Assembly (NCBI GenBank): GCA_964016885.1
Contig: OZ024740.1
Span: 83,328,001 to 83,392,000 of the forward strand
DNA from: Eledone cirrhosa
Lineage: Eukaryota
DNA length: 64,000 nucleotides
Reading direction: 5' to 3'
The position numbers were made by a program, and so were the translations under genes. The notes beneath the pieces were generated by a model. That model worked only from the letters and a program-made list of their open reading frames with translations, had not been told where the DNA came from and made no database searches. Below, one piece after another: positions 25,200-37,114 of this stretch. How positions within the stretch are numbered: position 1 is the first letter of the stretch; each line of letters begins with the position of its first letter.

Positions 25200-28100
25200 G
25201 GTTTCTATATTGGCCACAAGGGCTAACATGAAGAAAAACATTACAGATGGCACAGAATGGTACAGGATGACACAAAGTTGGTTTTGGCCGTGTAAAAATA
25301 TTATAACAAGAAGATAGAAATGTGTAAAAACAAATCAAAAAAATTCAAACAACAAAGATTCCCCCAAAAGGGGGAAACCTCCTATGATTAAGAAGTTGAA
25401 AACCATACAAAAGACCACGGCCACCCTGACTCCCAGGTCAAGCACCCTCTCTCAGTTATTCTACTCCTCTGTCTACAGGTGAATATTCAGAAAAGGCCCG
25501 TTCACTCGAACCAGATTTTACTCACCGTTCAACAAACTTACTAGAACTTAGCTCTCCATCCTGATTTTCCTCTTCTAGTGGAATTTGAAAAAGTTAATCA
25601 GGGATTCGCCGTTAGAGGAAACTGTCCGTCTTCAATCCGTTCAACCTTGTCTACCATACAATATCTTTCACCATGGCCACTAGGCAGATGAAAAATGCCT
25701 TAAAGGAGGACGCCGGGGCTATCTGCATAATGGACTCTGTCGATAACCGGATCCGTCCTACACGTGACAGCAAATGTTCGACATAGTTCCACAAGTCAGC
25801 AATCCTCGGACACTGAACGAGATTCGTCGCCCTGTGCGCATCTCAGAGAGGTTCGGCTGAGGGCATTTTCGTACCTGTAGAGCTTATCTCGAACCGGCAA
25901 AGATCTCTGGTAGCACTGCCAGGACAGGGATTTCTGGAAGTTGTCCAAAGGCCCCGGGTTGAAAGTTCTCTTGAAGAGAGCGAACAGCTGATCGTTATGG
26001 ACGTCCAGGGTCTCCTCGACAACGTCATCACTCTTCCCCTCCACCAGTCCTGTATAGAACGCCGACGTGGATGTTCCACCGATACTAGTGCCCAGCTGGT
26101 AGAAGGCTGTGAGCGCTTGGAGATATTCCAGATTCCAAGTGCTATCCCTCGGTCTTTTCCTGATCCAGGACTGCAGCTCGGTTAATGAGACGAGCGGGGG
26201 AAAAACACGTCTGGAAAACGGTGACCACACCAATAACCGCCAAGGAAGCACCAGAGATGTCGCTGCCTTAGCGCGTGTTTGCGCATCATCAGTAATGGCA
26301 TGCCCAGCCCTCCACGCAATGGGTTTGACAGCAGATGGATCGTCTGACCATGGGATCACGTCCTTTCCCTAAAAAGCGGAAGCGGATGCGCCCTGCTTTT
26401 GTCAGAGTTGGGCCGGGGCAAGGCACAACGGTTAGGCGGTAGCAGATGACGGAATCGATGTACGCATTTGCCACCTCTGCCCGGCCTTTCAGAGACAGCT
26501 TTCTCTCGATCCATTTCTGGGTGGGAGAGGCCATCCTACTCGTCACCTCGCTCCAGTGTTTCTCCATCTGGGTGTGTTCAAGATGATATCGGTGTCTATC
26601 CTCTTCGTAACCAACCGTCTGAAGTCTGCAAATACGATGGGGAATTTTTCTTTTAGATGTTTATAATGTTCTATTTTAATTCCAATAATGTTTATATTTT
26701 TCGGGAATGTTCTTGGTGCTGGTGGGATGTAGTAATCTTTGTCTGTAATGTCTGTGTGCTGATTTATATGTTCTAAGAGTTATTCATTTGTCATGTTTTG
26801 GGCGGGGTTTGGTTTTGTTATCGTTTTCTTGTTGCAGTTGTTAGATATGTTCCTTTGTTGTGTTTGCGATGTTGGTGTTTGTGGTGATGCTGGTGCTGGT
26901 GTGGTTGTTGTTGGTGGTGATGCTTATGGCGGTGTTGGTGGAGGCGTTGCTTCAAGTCGCCTTGCAGCCATTACTCCTCTTTGCTTGCCTTCGCTTTTGG
27001 AGGGTGAAGCTAAGGGTTTCTTTCTTTTTTGTATTTTGTGGCAGACCGTTTGCCACTTCATTCCCGCCTCAGATTCCATGTCGGATGCCCTGGCGTCTGG
27101 GAGGGTATGTGCTCCACAGCTGTTGGTGGTGGTAGTGGAGCCCTCTCGGCGATTTTGTTGCTGGTGCAGCTACTGCAAATGTAGATTCTGGTGTTGGCGC
27201 CACTGCTGCTGCTGTTTTAGTTGTCCGTAGCCTTGGTATGGGTGCCACGGACGTTGCCCTTCTACTCACCGTGCAAGGGTCTTCTGCCTCTGTTGCCTGC
27301 CCTGCTCTTGGTAGCAGCGGATCAGGCATCGGAAGGAGGCGGGAGGATTCTTCTACGCTGTCTTCTGCGTACAAAAATCCCTGAGGTGACCCTTTTCCCC
27401 ACAGAGATAGCATTTTGGACGCCTTCCTTATAGGGAGTTGGAGTCCTTCCTCGATGTATATGTTATAGGCGATAGCCTCGATACACTCCTGGTCAGATTG
27501 TATTAGCATTTGCATGCCTATACTTGACCAGTTCTCTCTCCCTATTTGCTGTACTTGCAGCATGGTCGTCTTGCCCTCGAATCTAGCAAGTACAGACGCG
27601 GCCAGCCAAGTTATGGGCTTTGGTGTGGGACCTGGGTCACGTTGACCCTCACAATTTTCTACCCGATGTAGGAGAGCACCAAGACTATCTCCTCACTCTT
27701 TTGTGTTACCAAAGAGTGAGACTTCGCCTCCCGTGGAGTGGCAAAAAGTACGTCTACTGTGGCATATTTTATTTCTCGGGTGATGTCGATTTTGCGCGCC
27801 CAGACGCTCCCCAGGCCTTTTGGATTTGAGCCTCCGTGGCTATCTCCACCGATGTGATATTTTGCTTACAGTGCCGTAAGTCACGGTCCTTAACTGATGG
27901 TTATTGAAAAAATCGGGTTGAGGTTTCAGGGAGACTCGATTAGCATTTCTCGTCACCGTGACCCTTGCGACTGCCATCTCCTCCTCCGCAACTAGCAGTT
28001 TCGATATTTTGAGCCACACCTGCAGAAGAAGTGACCCCTTTTTCAGCAGACCACTATTGCTGCCGCTACTGCTGCTACTGTCTTGCTGTTGGTGCTGAGA

Positions 28101-28340
28101 TTGCTGTTACTGAAATTGATGTCATTGTTGTTGCTTTCGTTGATACTGTTGCTGCTGTTGCTGTTGTTGTGGCTGTTGTTATTATTGTTGTTTTTGTTGA
28201 TACTGTTCCTACTGTTATTGTTGTTGTGGCTGGTGTTATTGTCATTGTTATTGTCTTTCTCGACCTTATCGCTGTTATTTTTGTTGTTGTTGTTGTTATA
28301 GATGGTGTTGTTGTTTGTGTTAGTACTATTTGGTATTTTT
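25200..28340 (-). mobile_element. internally deleted Tx1-clade LINE (3' part fused to the ORF1 region near 26567)
   Basis: KLSLKGRAEVANAY..YRLTVVPCP and DNFQKSLSWQCY. 26570-28340 resembles the ORF1 region of 59240-60760. Confidence 0.8.
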
Positions 28341-28365
28341 AAATATGAAATAATATCATTAAACA

Positions 28366-28548
28366 TGGATTGGCAGTATCGGTAGAGGCTCGGACGCCAT
28401 GCTTTCCAGCATAGTTACGTCCATTTACGATCTGAGATCAAATCCCGCCGAGGTTGACTTTGCCTTTCATCGTTACGGGGTCGATAAAATAAAGTACCTG
28501 TAATGCACTGGCTAATTGCTGGCCTTGTTCCTAAACTAGAAACAATTA
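28366..28548 (+). mobile_element. tRNA-derived SINE
   Basis: Family consensus. Confidence 0.85.
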
Positions 28549-28665
28549 AACATGATATTGTTTTTCTCTTCCTTTGTAATGTTTTCTTTTGTATTCACTT
28601 TCGCTAGAACGCTGCCTTGTTGACATGTTGACAAAGTCTCCCTCTCTCTGAGTTGTCTGAGAGCG

Positions 28666-28784
<119 letters not shown>

Positions 28785-29656
28785 GTTATCCATGTTTGAA
28801 CGAAATTTTATTGTTTATAATTTTTTAATAGTAATAATACCAAGTTAACAAAATCTCGCTGTTATTGATTCTTCAAACTCGCCTCGCATTTCTAATCAGA
28901 TTCTGTTGCCTCAATATTGCACTGTATTCATTGAAATACTTCCAATACATACCCACCTTTGTATATATAAAACACTGAAGTAATTTAAGATTGTGAAAAC
29001 TATATGAAAAATATAATCGTGCTACATTTACGCTCAGAACTCGTAACTGGATATTGCAAATATTACCAGTAACTGTCGGTCGTTTTCATAAAGAATAACA
29101 CTTCATTTTTCATGTTATATAGTTCGAAATTCGTATTAAAGAATGTAAAATACTAAAGAATGTAAAATAGAAAGGTATGTAAAATATGTACACACATATG
29201 AGAAATTCTCTTTATTAAAGTACATTCGATTTAAAAATATCTGAATTAATCCCTTATTAAAGAGACGGGTCATCCTGACGTAGAATTATTTAAAATCAAA
29301 TGTTTTATCAAAACGAAAATGCCATGAACAGCTTTCCGTAAACAGTAGTAGCTTGCTAGTTTAAAATACGCCTCCTCATTATTCTAGACGCCAACAATGT
29401 TATGTTATCTTAGAACTAGCATTAAGCCACGAATCAGCCGAATATTCACAAAAAAGACGATGGGGTAGTTAATGATCGGGAATTAGTGATTATATGATTG
29501 TTATGCTTAAAAAATGCATACAGATAAAATGGATTGTGGCTGTAAGAATAGTAGACGTAGTATACGGAATAAGAATTAGCATTAGGTATACACATATATG
29601 TGCACTATATCTATCTATCTATCTATCTATCTATATATCTATCAATCTGTCTATAT

Positions 29657-30264
29657 GGTCAGGCAGTGCTACCGAGGAGCTCTACCAGTTTGAGACAAAA
29701 TCTACAGACACGGACGCCCTGGCAGAGATCCTGCCAAAAGGACCTGTCCAAGATGCGAGCAGGACATCACAACCGTTCTGCACGCGATTGTTCAGTGCCC
29801 AAGGGTGACCGACCTGTGGAATTAGGTCGAACAGCTACTGTCACGTGTGGGACGCTTCCAGTTGTCAACTGAGTCCATCGTGAGGATGACCCAGCCGCCT
29901 GCATTTAAGAATGAAGGAGAGGGGGTTTTCCGCTGCCTGGTGGCTATGGTGAAAGAGATAATATGATGGACGAGGTTAAAAGGATTGAGAGCAAACACCT
30001 TTCTCTCAGGACAACAACACATCCCCTTCTTTAAGTACCACTTCAGAAGGAAGGTGAGAGCGGAAAGATAGGTGCTACACACCAGTAAAGGTGGGTTAAT
30101 GTGGATAAAATGGCCCGAGTGAATGGGCCTTCTCTGTGGGTTGAGGAAGATAAACATAGGGAAGACGGGAACACCAGCAAAAAGTGTTCCTGGTGTTGAG
30201 GGTCGTTCTATTCACGTCTTGTAATGTCCCATATTTGTACGCGCCTGTGCCAAATAAACAAAGA

Positions 30265-30265
<1 letters not shown>
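29657..30265 (+). mobile_element. Tx1-clade 3' fragment inserted in (TATC)n
   Basis: Homologous to the Tx1 C-terminal region and 3' end, with (TATC)n on both sides. Confidence 0.75.
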
Positions 30266-30325
<60 letters not shown>

Positions 30326-30326
30326 C

Positions 30327-30935
30327 TCTATATATATACTACTAAAACTTTGTGAGTGCTTGCTTACTTGCTTGTCTGTAATGTAATACAGCCAAAAGGG
30401 TGCATAATAGGAAATACTTTGAGAGGAAGTTGACGCTGAAATGGAGTAAAACAAGTTTCGAGTAAATCGGAGGACGTGTTCCCGAGATCTGGGGGTTTTC
30501 CGGTGACTTTCATCAACAGAGTGAGAGAGAGAAAGATAGAGAGAAAGAGATAGTGCTTGTGAGAGAGTAGATTGAAAGAGAGACATAGGGAGAGGGAGAG
30601 GAGACAGAGAATGGAAGAGCGGGAGAGCTGGTGTTGTTGTTGTGTATGTCTGTATATATATATATATGTGTGTGTGTGTCTATGACCAGTGTATATAGAT
30701 CACAGACACCCACTTATATATATATACACACACACACACCTATATTTATATATATACACACACACATTTATGTATATACATACACACACGTATATATACG
30801 GGCCTTCCAGCTTCATTTCACATTATATGCGTGTCTGTGTATTTTTCAATTATTTGAAAATTATTTTTAAATGACCATGATTTCTTTTTAATATTTTGAA
30901 GTGAATATGACCCAACAGGTCACGGGTGGTCAAGT
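30327..30935 (+). mobile_element. putative non-autonomous Helitron-like element (duplicate at about 41790-42400)
   Basis: Starts TCTATATATATACTACTAAAAC followed by a (GCTT)-like microsatellite. Ends with hairpin GACCC..CACGGGTGGTCAAGT, an imperfect CTAGT-like end. Confidence 0.4.
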
Positions 30936-32023
30936 ATACAATTAAAATTGATGAATGCGGTAATGAGTACACATTGGAATGTAAGAAAATTGTAAATTGT
31001 ATGCATCTGGATAAAAATCAGGGGAATATATTATAAAGCTCTCATATCCGTGATTAGCTTCTATTTGAGGTGAACGAGAGAAATGGAAGAGAAAAGAAAT
31101 AATAAATCTGCAAATGCGGGAAGCATGCAGAATAAAATATTCATTATATACTACTTGGGAATTTTAGAAAGAAGGCAATCACATCAAAATACCAAATATA
31201 CTCAATGTAAACGTCGCCATTAATGGAAACGTCGCCATTCAAGCGAGAGTTCACAGATAAATTAGATGCATTGAATAGTGCCATGATGGTAAATGGGACT
31301 TCGATTTCAACAAGTGTGAAGAGGAAAAGGCATAAGAGATGAAATTTTAGGATGCCAAAATACGTTTCCGCGGGACAAGCATATTCAGAGACCCCTTTGA
31401 CAAATTGCCAATCAAGGAAGGTGATGGGGTGCTACCGAGGCAAATTCCAAAAAGGTTGACACGTGAAAGATAATTGAAGGTGTTTCTCATATCCAGCATT
31501 AAATATGCGATGCCAGGCGATGGTCGACACAGACTCAAGAAATCCGTCATGGATGAATTTCGTGACTTTATGGAAGGATCCCTCATAACAACCATCTACA
31601 GCACACCCAAGGTGCAAAGAATTTTGTACGGCACCCTGATCACAAACCACAGAAGTAGGCATGTCATTGTCAGCCAATCTGCAGTAAACATAACCCAGTA
31701 AATTTGCCAACGTCTGTCCTCTACTTCAGAGTCTCCTGTTGATTGAAACGATAAGGGTGGAGGCAAAAGAAGCAATCGGTACTTCCGCTACAGCTTGCGG
31801 AGGAATACAATATACATAAGCAATAATAGTCGGATGGATATATGTGCTTGATTTCTGCGGAAAATTCAGATAGGAGAAATGTCATGACTTTTCTCGTATC
31901 AGTGTGATCCCCTCGGACAACATAATCCTACTCCACGAATCATCTTTTGGTTTTTTTTTTTTCTTTTATGTACTCTGAATTTTCTGCAGAAATCAAGTGC
32001 ATACGTCCATGCAACATTTATTG

Positions 32024-32690
<667 letters not shown>

Positions 32691-32692
32691 TA

Positions 32693-33060
32693 TACATTAT
32701 ATATAGATCCATATATATATTGCTATTTCAGAGCTCCAATTCTAATTTTTAATTTCTGCCTGACCAACAACCGCTCTGCATAATCAGCTCCTGATTATTT
32801 ACTAGATTTCTATAAGAATATAACATCAGTGATCTCGGTAGACAGGAGGGGTAGTTGGCCTTGATAAGCTTCAACCAAAGCGAAACAAGACTTGTCGGCT
32901 TAGCTCCCCTGTTTGCTGAGATCAAAGTAAGTGAATTTGTCACGACTTTAAAACAATAGCTTACGGTCTTCAAAATGCTTTTAATTAAGCATGAAGTGTA
33001 TTGCAAAATACATTATATATACATCTATATATATATTGCTATTTCAGAGCTCCAATTCTA

Positions 33061-33064
<4 letters not shown>
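32693..33064 (+). mobile_element. retrozyme-like family A unit (about 316 bp plus about 55-bp terminal repeat)
   Basis: The unit start recurs from about 33009. Contains one HHR; same unit as 50551-51706. Confidence 0.8.
32847..32910 (+). ncRNA. type I hammerhead ribozyme with U3-A8 core variant (family A)
   Basis: AGGGG-t-AGTT-GGCC, TTGATAA (32861-32867), GCTTcaaccaAAGC, GAAA, CAAGaCTTG, TC, GGCT-t-AGCT-CCCCT. The GUC site ends at 32896. Confidence 0.8.
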
Positions 33065-33151
<87 letters not shown>

Positions 33152-33723
33152 TTGGGGGAGAGAGTTAGAGAGTGTGGGTGTGAAATATGTTAGGGACAGA
33201 TTTAATAAATATATTGTAGCGCTTATCAAGTATACATCATTTATAATATAAGCACTTTTGTTACTGACGATAAATTTCATTGTCCAAAACTTTCATGTAA
33301 ATTAGTAGTCTTTTTGATGTTATAAGATATATTACTCAAATTTTGATAGTGCATTTTTTATTGTATATTTGATATCAGTTTCCTGGATATATAGTAATTT
33401 GGTGTAGTACAAGGAAACATTGTCCTTGTAATTACATATATGTAAACGAAAAAATGCTGTTAACATACATAATGTACTGTTCAATATAAATATGTCAAAC
33501 ATTCTTATGATATGATGCATTTGCCCCTCACTAAATTTTGTATTTACTTTTAAATGTACAAGCGCTGATGTTTGTTAACCATGTGTAGTTACAAAATAAT
33601 TACGAAATAATTACAAAAATAAACTGAGGACCTTGAATGTTATTCCGTTAGAATGGGTGCTAATTATCAATTTGTTTACTTCAAGATCACTCCCTGCATG
33701 GGGCAAGACGTACACATACATAT

Positions 33724-33769
<46 letters not shown>

Positions 33770-35335
33770 GGGGGGGATATGTGTCTGTGTGTGCATGTTT
33801 CTGTGTGTGTATGTGTGTGAGTGTATGTGTGTGAGCATGTTTGTGTATGTAGGTGTATGTGACTGTATGTGTGTGTGTGTGCGTGTGGTTATGTTTTGTT
33901 TCCTTAATTCAGTGGCTGCCATTGCTCATTGGCCATATGTTTCGGCCTCTTCTATTACGCTCTACATAATATCCTATTAGAAGTCATATGCTTGTCACTC
34001 ACGGACTCTATTTCATTTTTCTTGGCTGCAGACCTAATTGACATATCTTGGTATGCCGACCAATGTTGTGTATTCTATTCTTGGAATCTGAAGTGACACT
34101 ACTACTGTCTGAGAAGGCAATTACATCTACATATATTTTGGATAGAACTTTCACCTTTGCTAGATTCATAAATGTACGCCATTCTCCATTTAAAAACACT
34201 GAACTGCCTCTCGATACTTGGAAAGCGATGTTTGAATGAATATCTAGCATTTATTTTCACTATATCATGTGTAATGTCTTCAGTATTTTACACAAATATA
34301 TTACATTTTGATAGTCACTTTCATTTTGTATCGATTCAACTGTTCCATAATATATATATATGTTCTCAATAAAATATACTTAAATGCAAAATATTGTCAT
34401 GTGATATTGTCCATATGTATATTTATTAGCTCTGTTAATTCTGACACAAATTTAACTTGTAAAATATTTTGATAGAGACAATCAAATCAAAATTTCGTTG
34501 TTTACATATATAAGTATGCAGACGTGTTGCCTCTACTGCATACTGTTTGGTTAGATGATCCTAGAGAATATTCTTTCGAATATTTGTTGCTTTGTTGTTG
34601 AATGATTATGCAACACATCAAAAATAGTCTCTATTGCAATTTGTCTTCCTAATTGTGCATTGAATTATGTAAGATTAGATGCATAAACACATGTAAAATG
34701 CTTTTGTTACCAGATGAACTTTTTAATGTTTGAAATACGGCTAAAAATCTACAATAATAACACATAAAACTTATGTCACTGATCAGAATTCTGTGTAGTC
34801 TTACGACCTGCTAGAAAGATCAGACAAAACACTTTTAGATGAATCTCCAAAATATTAGACAGGATGTCTCAAAACACTGACAAGAACGTGACTGAAAGAC
34901 CATAATTTGAATTTATGCTGAACGAGAAAGGTCATATCTTTAGAATTAATCAATAAACCCAATACGAAATTAGCAATGAAAATTCAACGGAATCTATGCT
35001 CTACCCGTTTCATGATTTACATTTGTGTGTTTGATGTTCACCTCTTAAGCAATCAAATAGAATATGTGTAAATGTATAAATATGTATGTTGAGTGACACG
35101 TTTAGCATGCAAATGGTACAAAGTAGACTAGTGACGGCAAAAAGCACAATTATGAATTTTGTTGAATAATCTGATCAGCAGAGCATAAACATATAATTCC
35201 GCTATTGTATTTTTTTGTTAGATTTATTTCTTGAACTGCAATCATGTTGAATTAACACAGCACACCGGTATGCAGAGGTGTATGAGCACACGTATATGCA
35301 CTCTACGTACACATAGACATTCATTTACACACAAT

Positions 35336-35482
<147 letters not shown>

Positions 35483-35597
35483 GTATGTTGTTTTCTTTTT
35501 TTTTTCAGAATAAAGCAGAAATGTTTTGCTTAAATGTTAATCTGTAGTAATAATAAATATTTGCTCCTCGGGTTCATATATATATATGAGAACATGT

Positions 35598-35691
35598 TTA
35601 ACTTCGACGGCAGAGTTTAAGCCGTCGAAACGGCTATTTCTGGACTCAGAAATAGCCGTCGAAACGGCTTGAGCTCTGCCGTCAGGGTTAA
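35598..35691. mobile_element. piggyBac-like MITE (fold-back) with TTAA flanks
   Basis: TTAA-CTTCGACGGCAGAG..CTCTGCCGTCAGGG-TTAA, nearly fully palindromic. Duplicate at 53988-54081. Confidence 0.6.
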
Positions 35692-36196
35692 ACATTTTCC
35701 TATTACCCACTCTACTACCCTAAGTATTGAGTACTCTGGTGCGTTATGGTCTATCTGGTTCCTTACCACACCTCCTTCGTTATATATATATATAATTACC
35801 GATTCCTCTTACAATTGTGGGCTACATAATTATTATTACTATCTCTCTGTCTATCTTTTCTTCATATATTCTCAAACGGCTCGACCATATCAAATCAAAC
35901 TTTACAAAATAATAGTATGAGACCCGAAATTAAAAACATGTAATTATTATTTTCATTTGGATTAAAACCATAAAACATTTTATCCAAAATACAGCGAACA
36001 AGTATATGAGTGTGAGTGTATGTGAGAGTGTATGTGTGTGTGAGTATGCATACATTTTTGTGACGAATGACATAACGAAACGCTGGGGGTTAAAATCTGT
36101 GTATGTTTGTATGAATTAACGTCTGGATTTATTTTTTGTAAGTGTATGTGTTTGAGACACGCGTACACACACACACAAACACACTTACACACACAG

Positions 36197-36227
<31 letters not shown>

Positions 36228-36544
36228 AATCTAAAATGTCGAAGAAGATTTACTAAGTATATATAGGGTGTGATATAGAGTTGGTGATGTTGAGGGTATA
36301 GAGAATGTAGAATGGAACAATAACTCGAAAGCAGAAAGGAATTTCCGGTTGATATGATGTTGTTAGCATGTATATTTTACTGGTACACGAACGCACACAT
36401 ACACACACACAAATAGACACACACACACCACTCACACACACAAATTAATGTCGATTTAAAAGTATGTGTGTGTGTGTGTGTATATGTATAAACAAATAGT
36501 AGAAAGGAAAAAGATTTTTTTCAGTAGAAAGTGTTGAAGAGGTT

Positions 36545-36790
36545 TTTTTCATAGAAGCAAGTATTAAGACCTGGAGATAGAAATTGGAAAAATGTGGAAG
36601 TTGAGAACTAAAATAATACCAGTGGTTGTAGGCGCTCTAGGAATGATACCTACGGGAACAATGATTACTCATCGGAAATCCCAGGAAACACGTGTATAGG
36701 AGAACTGCAAAACATAGTACTAATGGGAACTGCCCATATACTAAGGAAGTCTCTGTCAATATAATTACATCACGAGTCTCAACACGTAAA
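36545..36790 (+). pseudogene. old RLE-LINE (R4-like) C-terminal remnant (duplicate at about 54945-55190)
   Basis: Translates DLEIEIGKMWKLRTKIIPVVVGALGMI..ELQNIVLMGTAHILRKSL. Confidence 0.75.
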
Positions 36791-36909
36791 GATGCATGTG
36801 TGTGTATGTATGTTCTTTCTTTAACATAGCGGACATGTTGTCTCTTGAGGTGACTGGTTGTGACTTGGTGATAACTGGTATGAACATAAAGCAAAATAAA
36901 TGCAACTGT

Positions 36910-37092
36910 AATAATTGTTTCTACTTTTTGGCACAAGGCCATCACTAACCAGCGCATTACTGGTACTTTATTTTATCGACCCTGAAAGAATGAAAGGCAA
37001 AGTTAACCACGGCGTTATTTGAACTCAGAATGGCAAGAGCCGTATCTATATCCGTTAAAGCATAGCGTCCGACCCTCTACCGATACTGCCAA
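36910..37092 (-). mobile_element. tRNA-derived SINE
   Basis: Family consensus; the 5' end abuts (AAT)n and a Tx1 3' end. Confidence 0.85.
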
Positions 37093-37114
37093 ATAATAAT
37101 AATAATAATAATAA

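Noticed and set aside
30940-31800. Possible RTE-like remnant (PKVQRILYGTL)
   Set aside because: A single weak motif is insufficient support.
31835-32010. 35-bp inverted repeat around a minus-strand HHR-like motif (CCGAGGG..GAGA..GTC, stem TGTTGT/ATGACA)
   Set aside because: Three core mismatches; at best a dead relic.
33300-34750. Short ORFs 34008-34250 and 52666-52908 conserved between copies
   Set aside because: The conservation is explained by the recent duplication; no recognisable domain.
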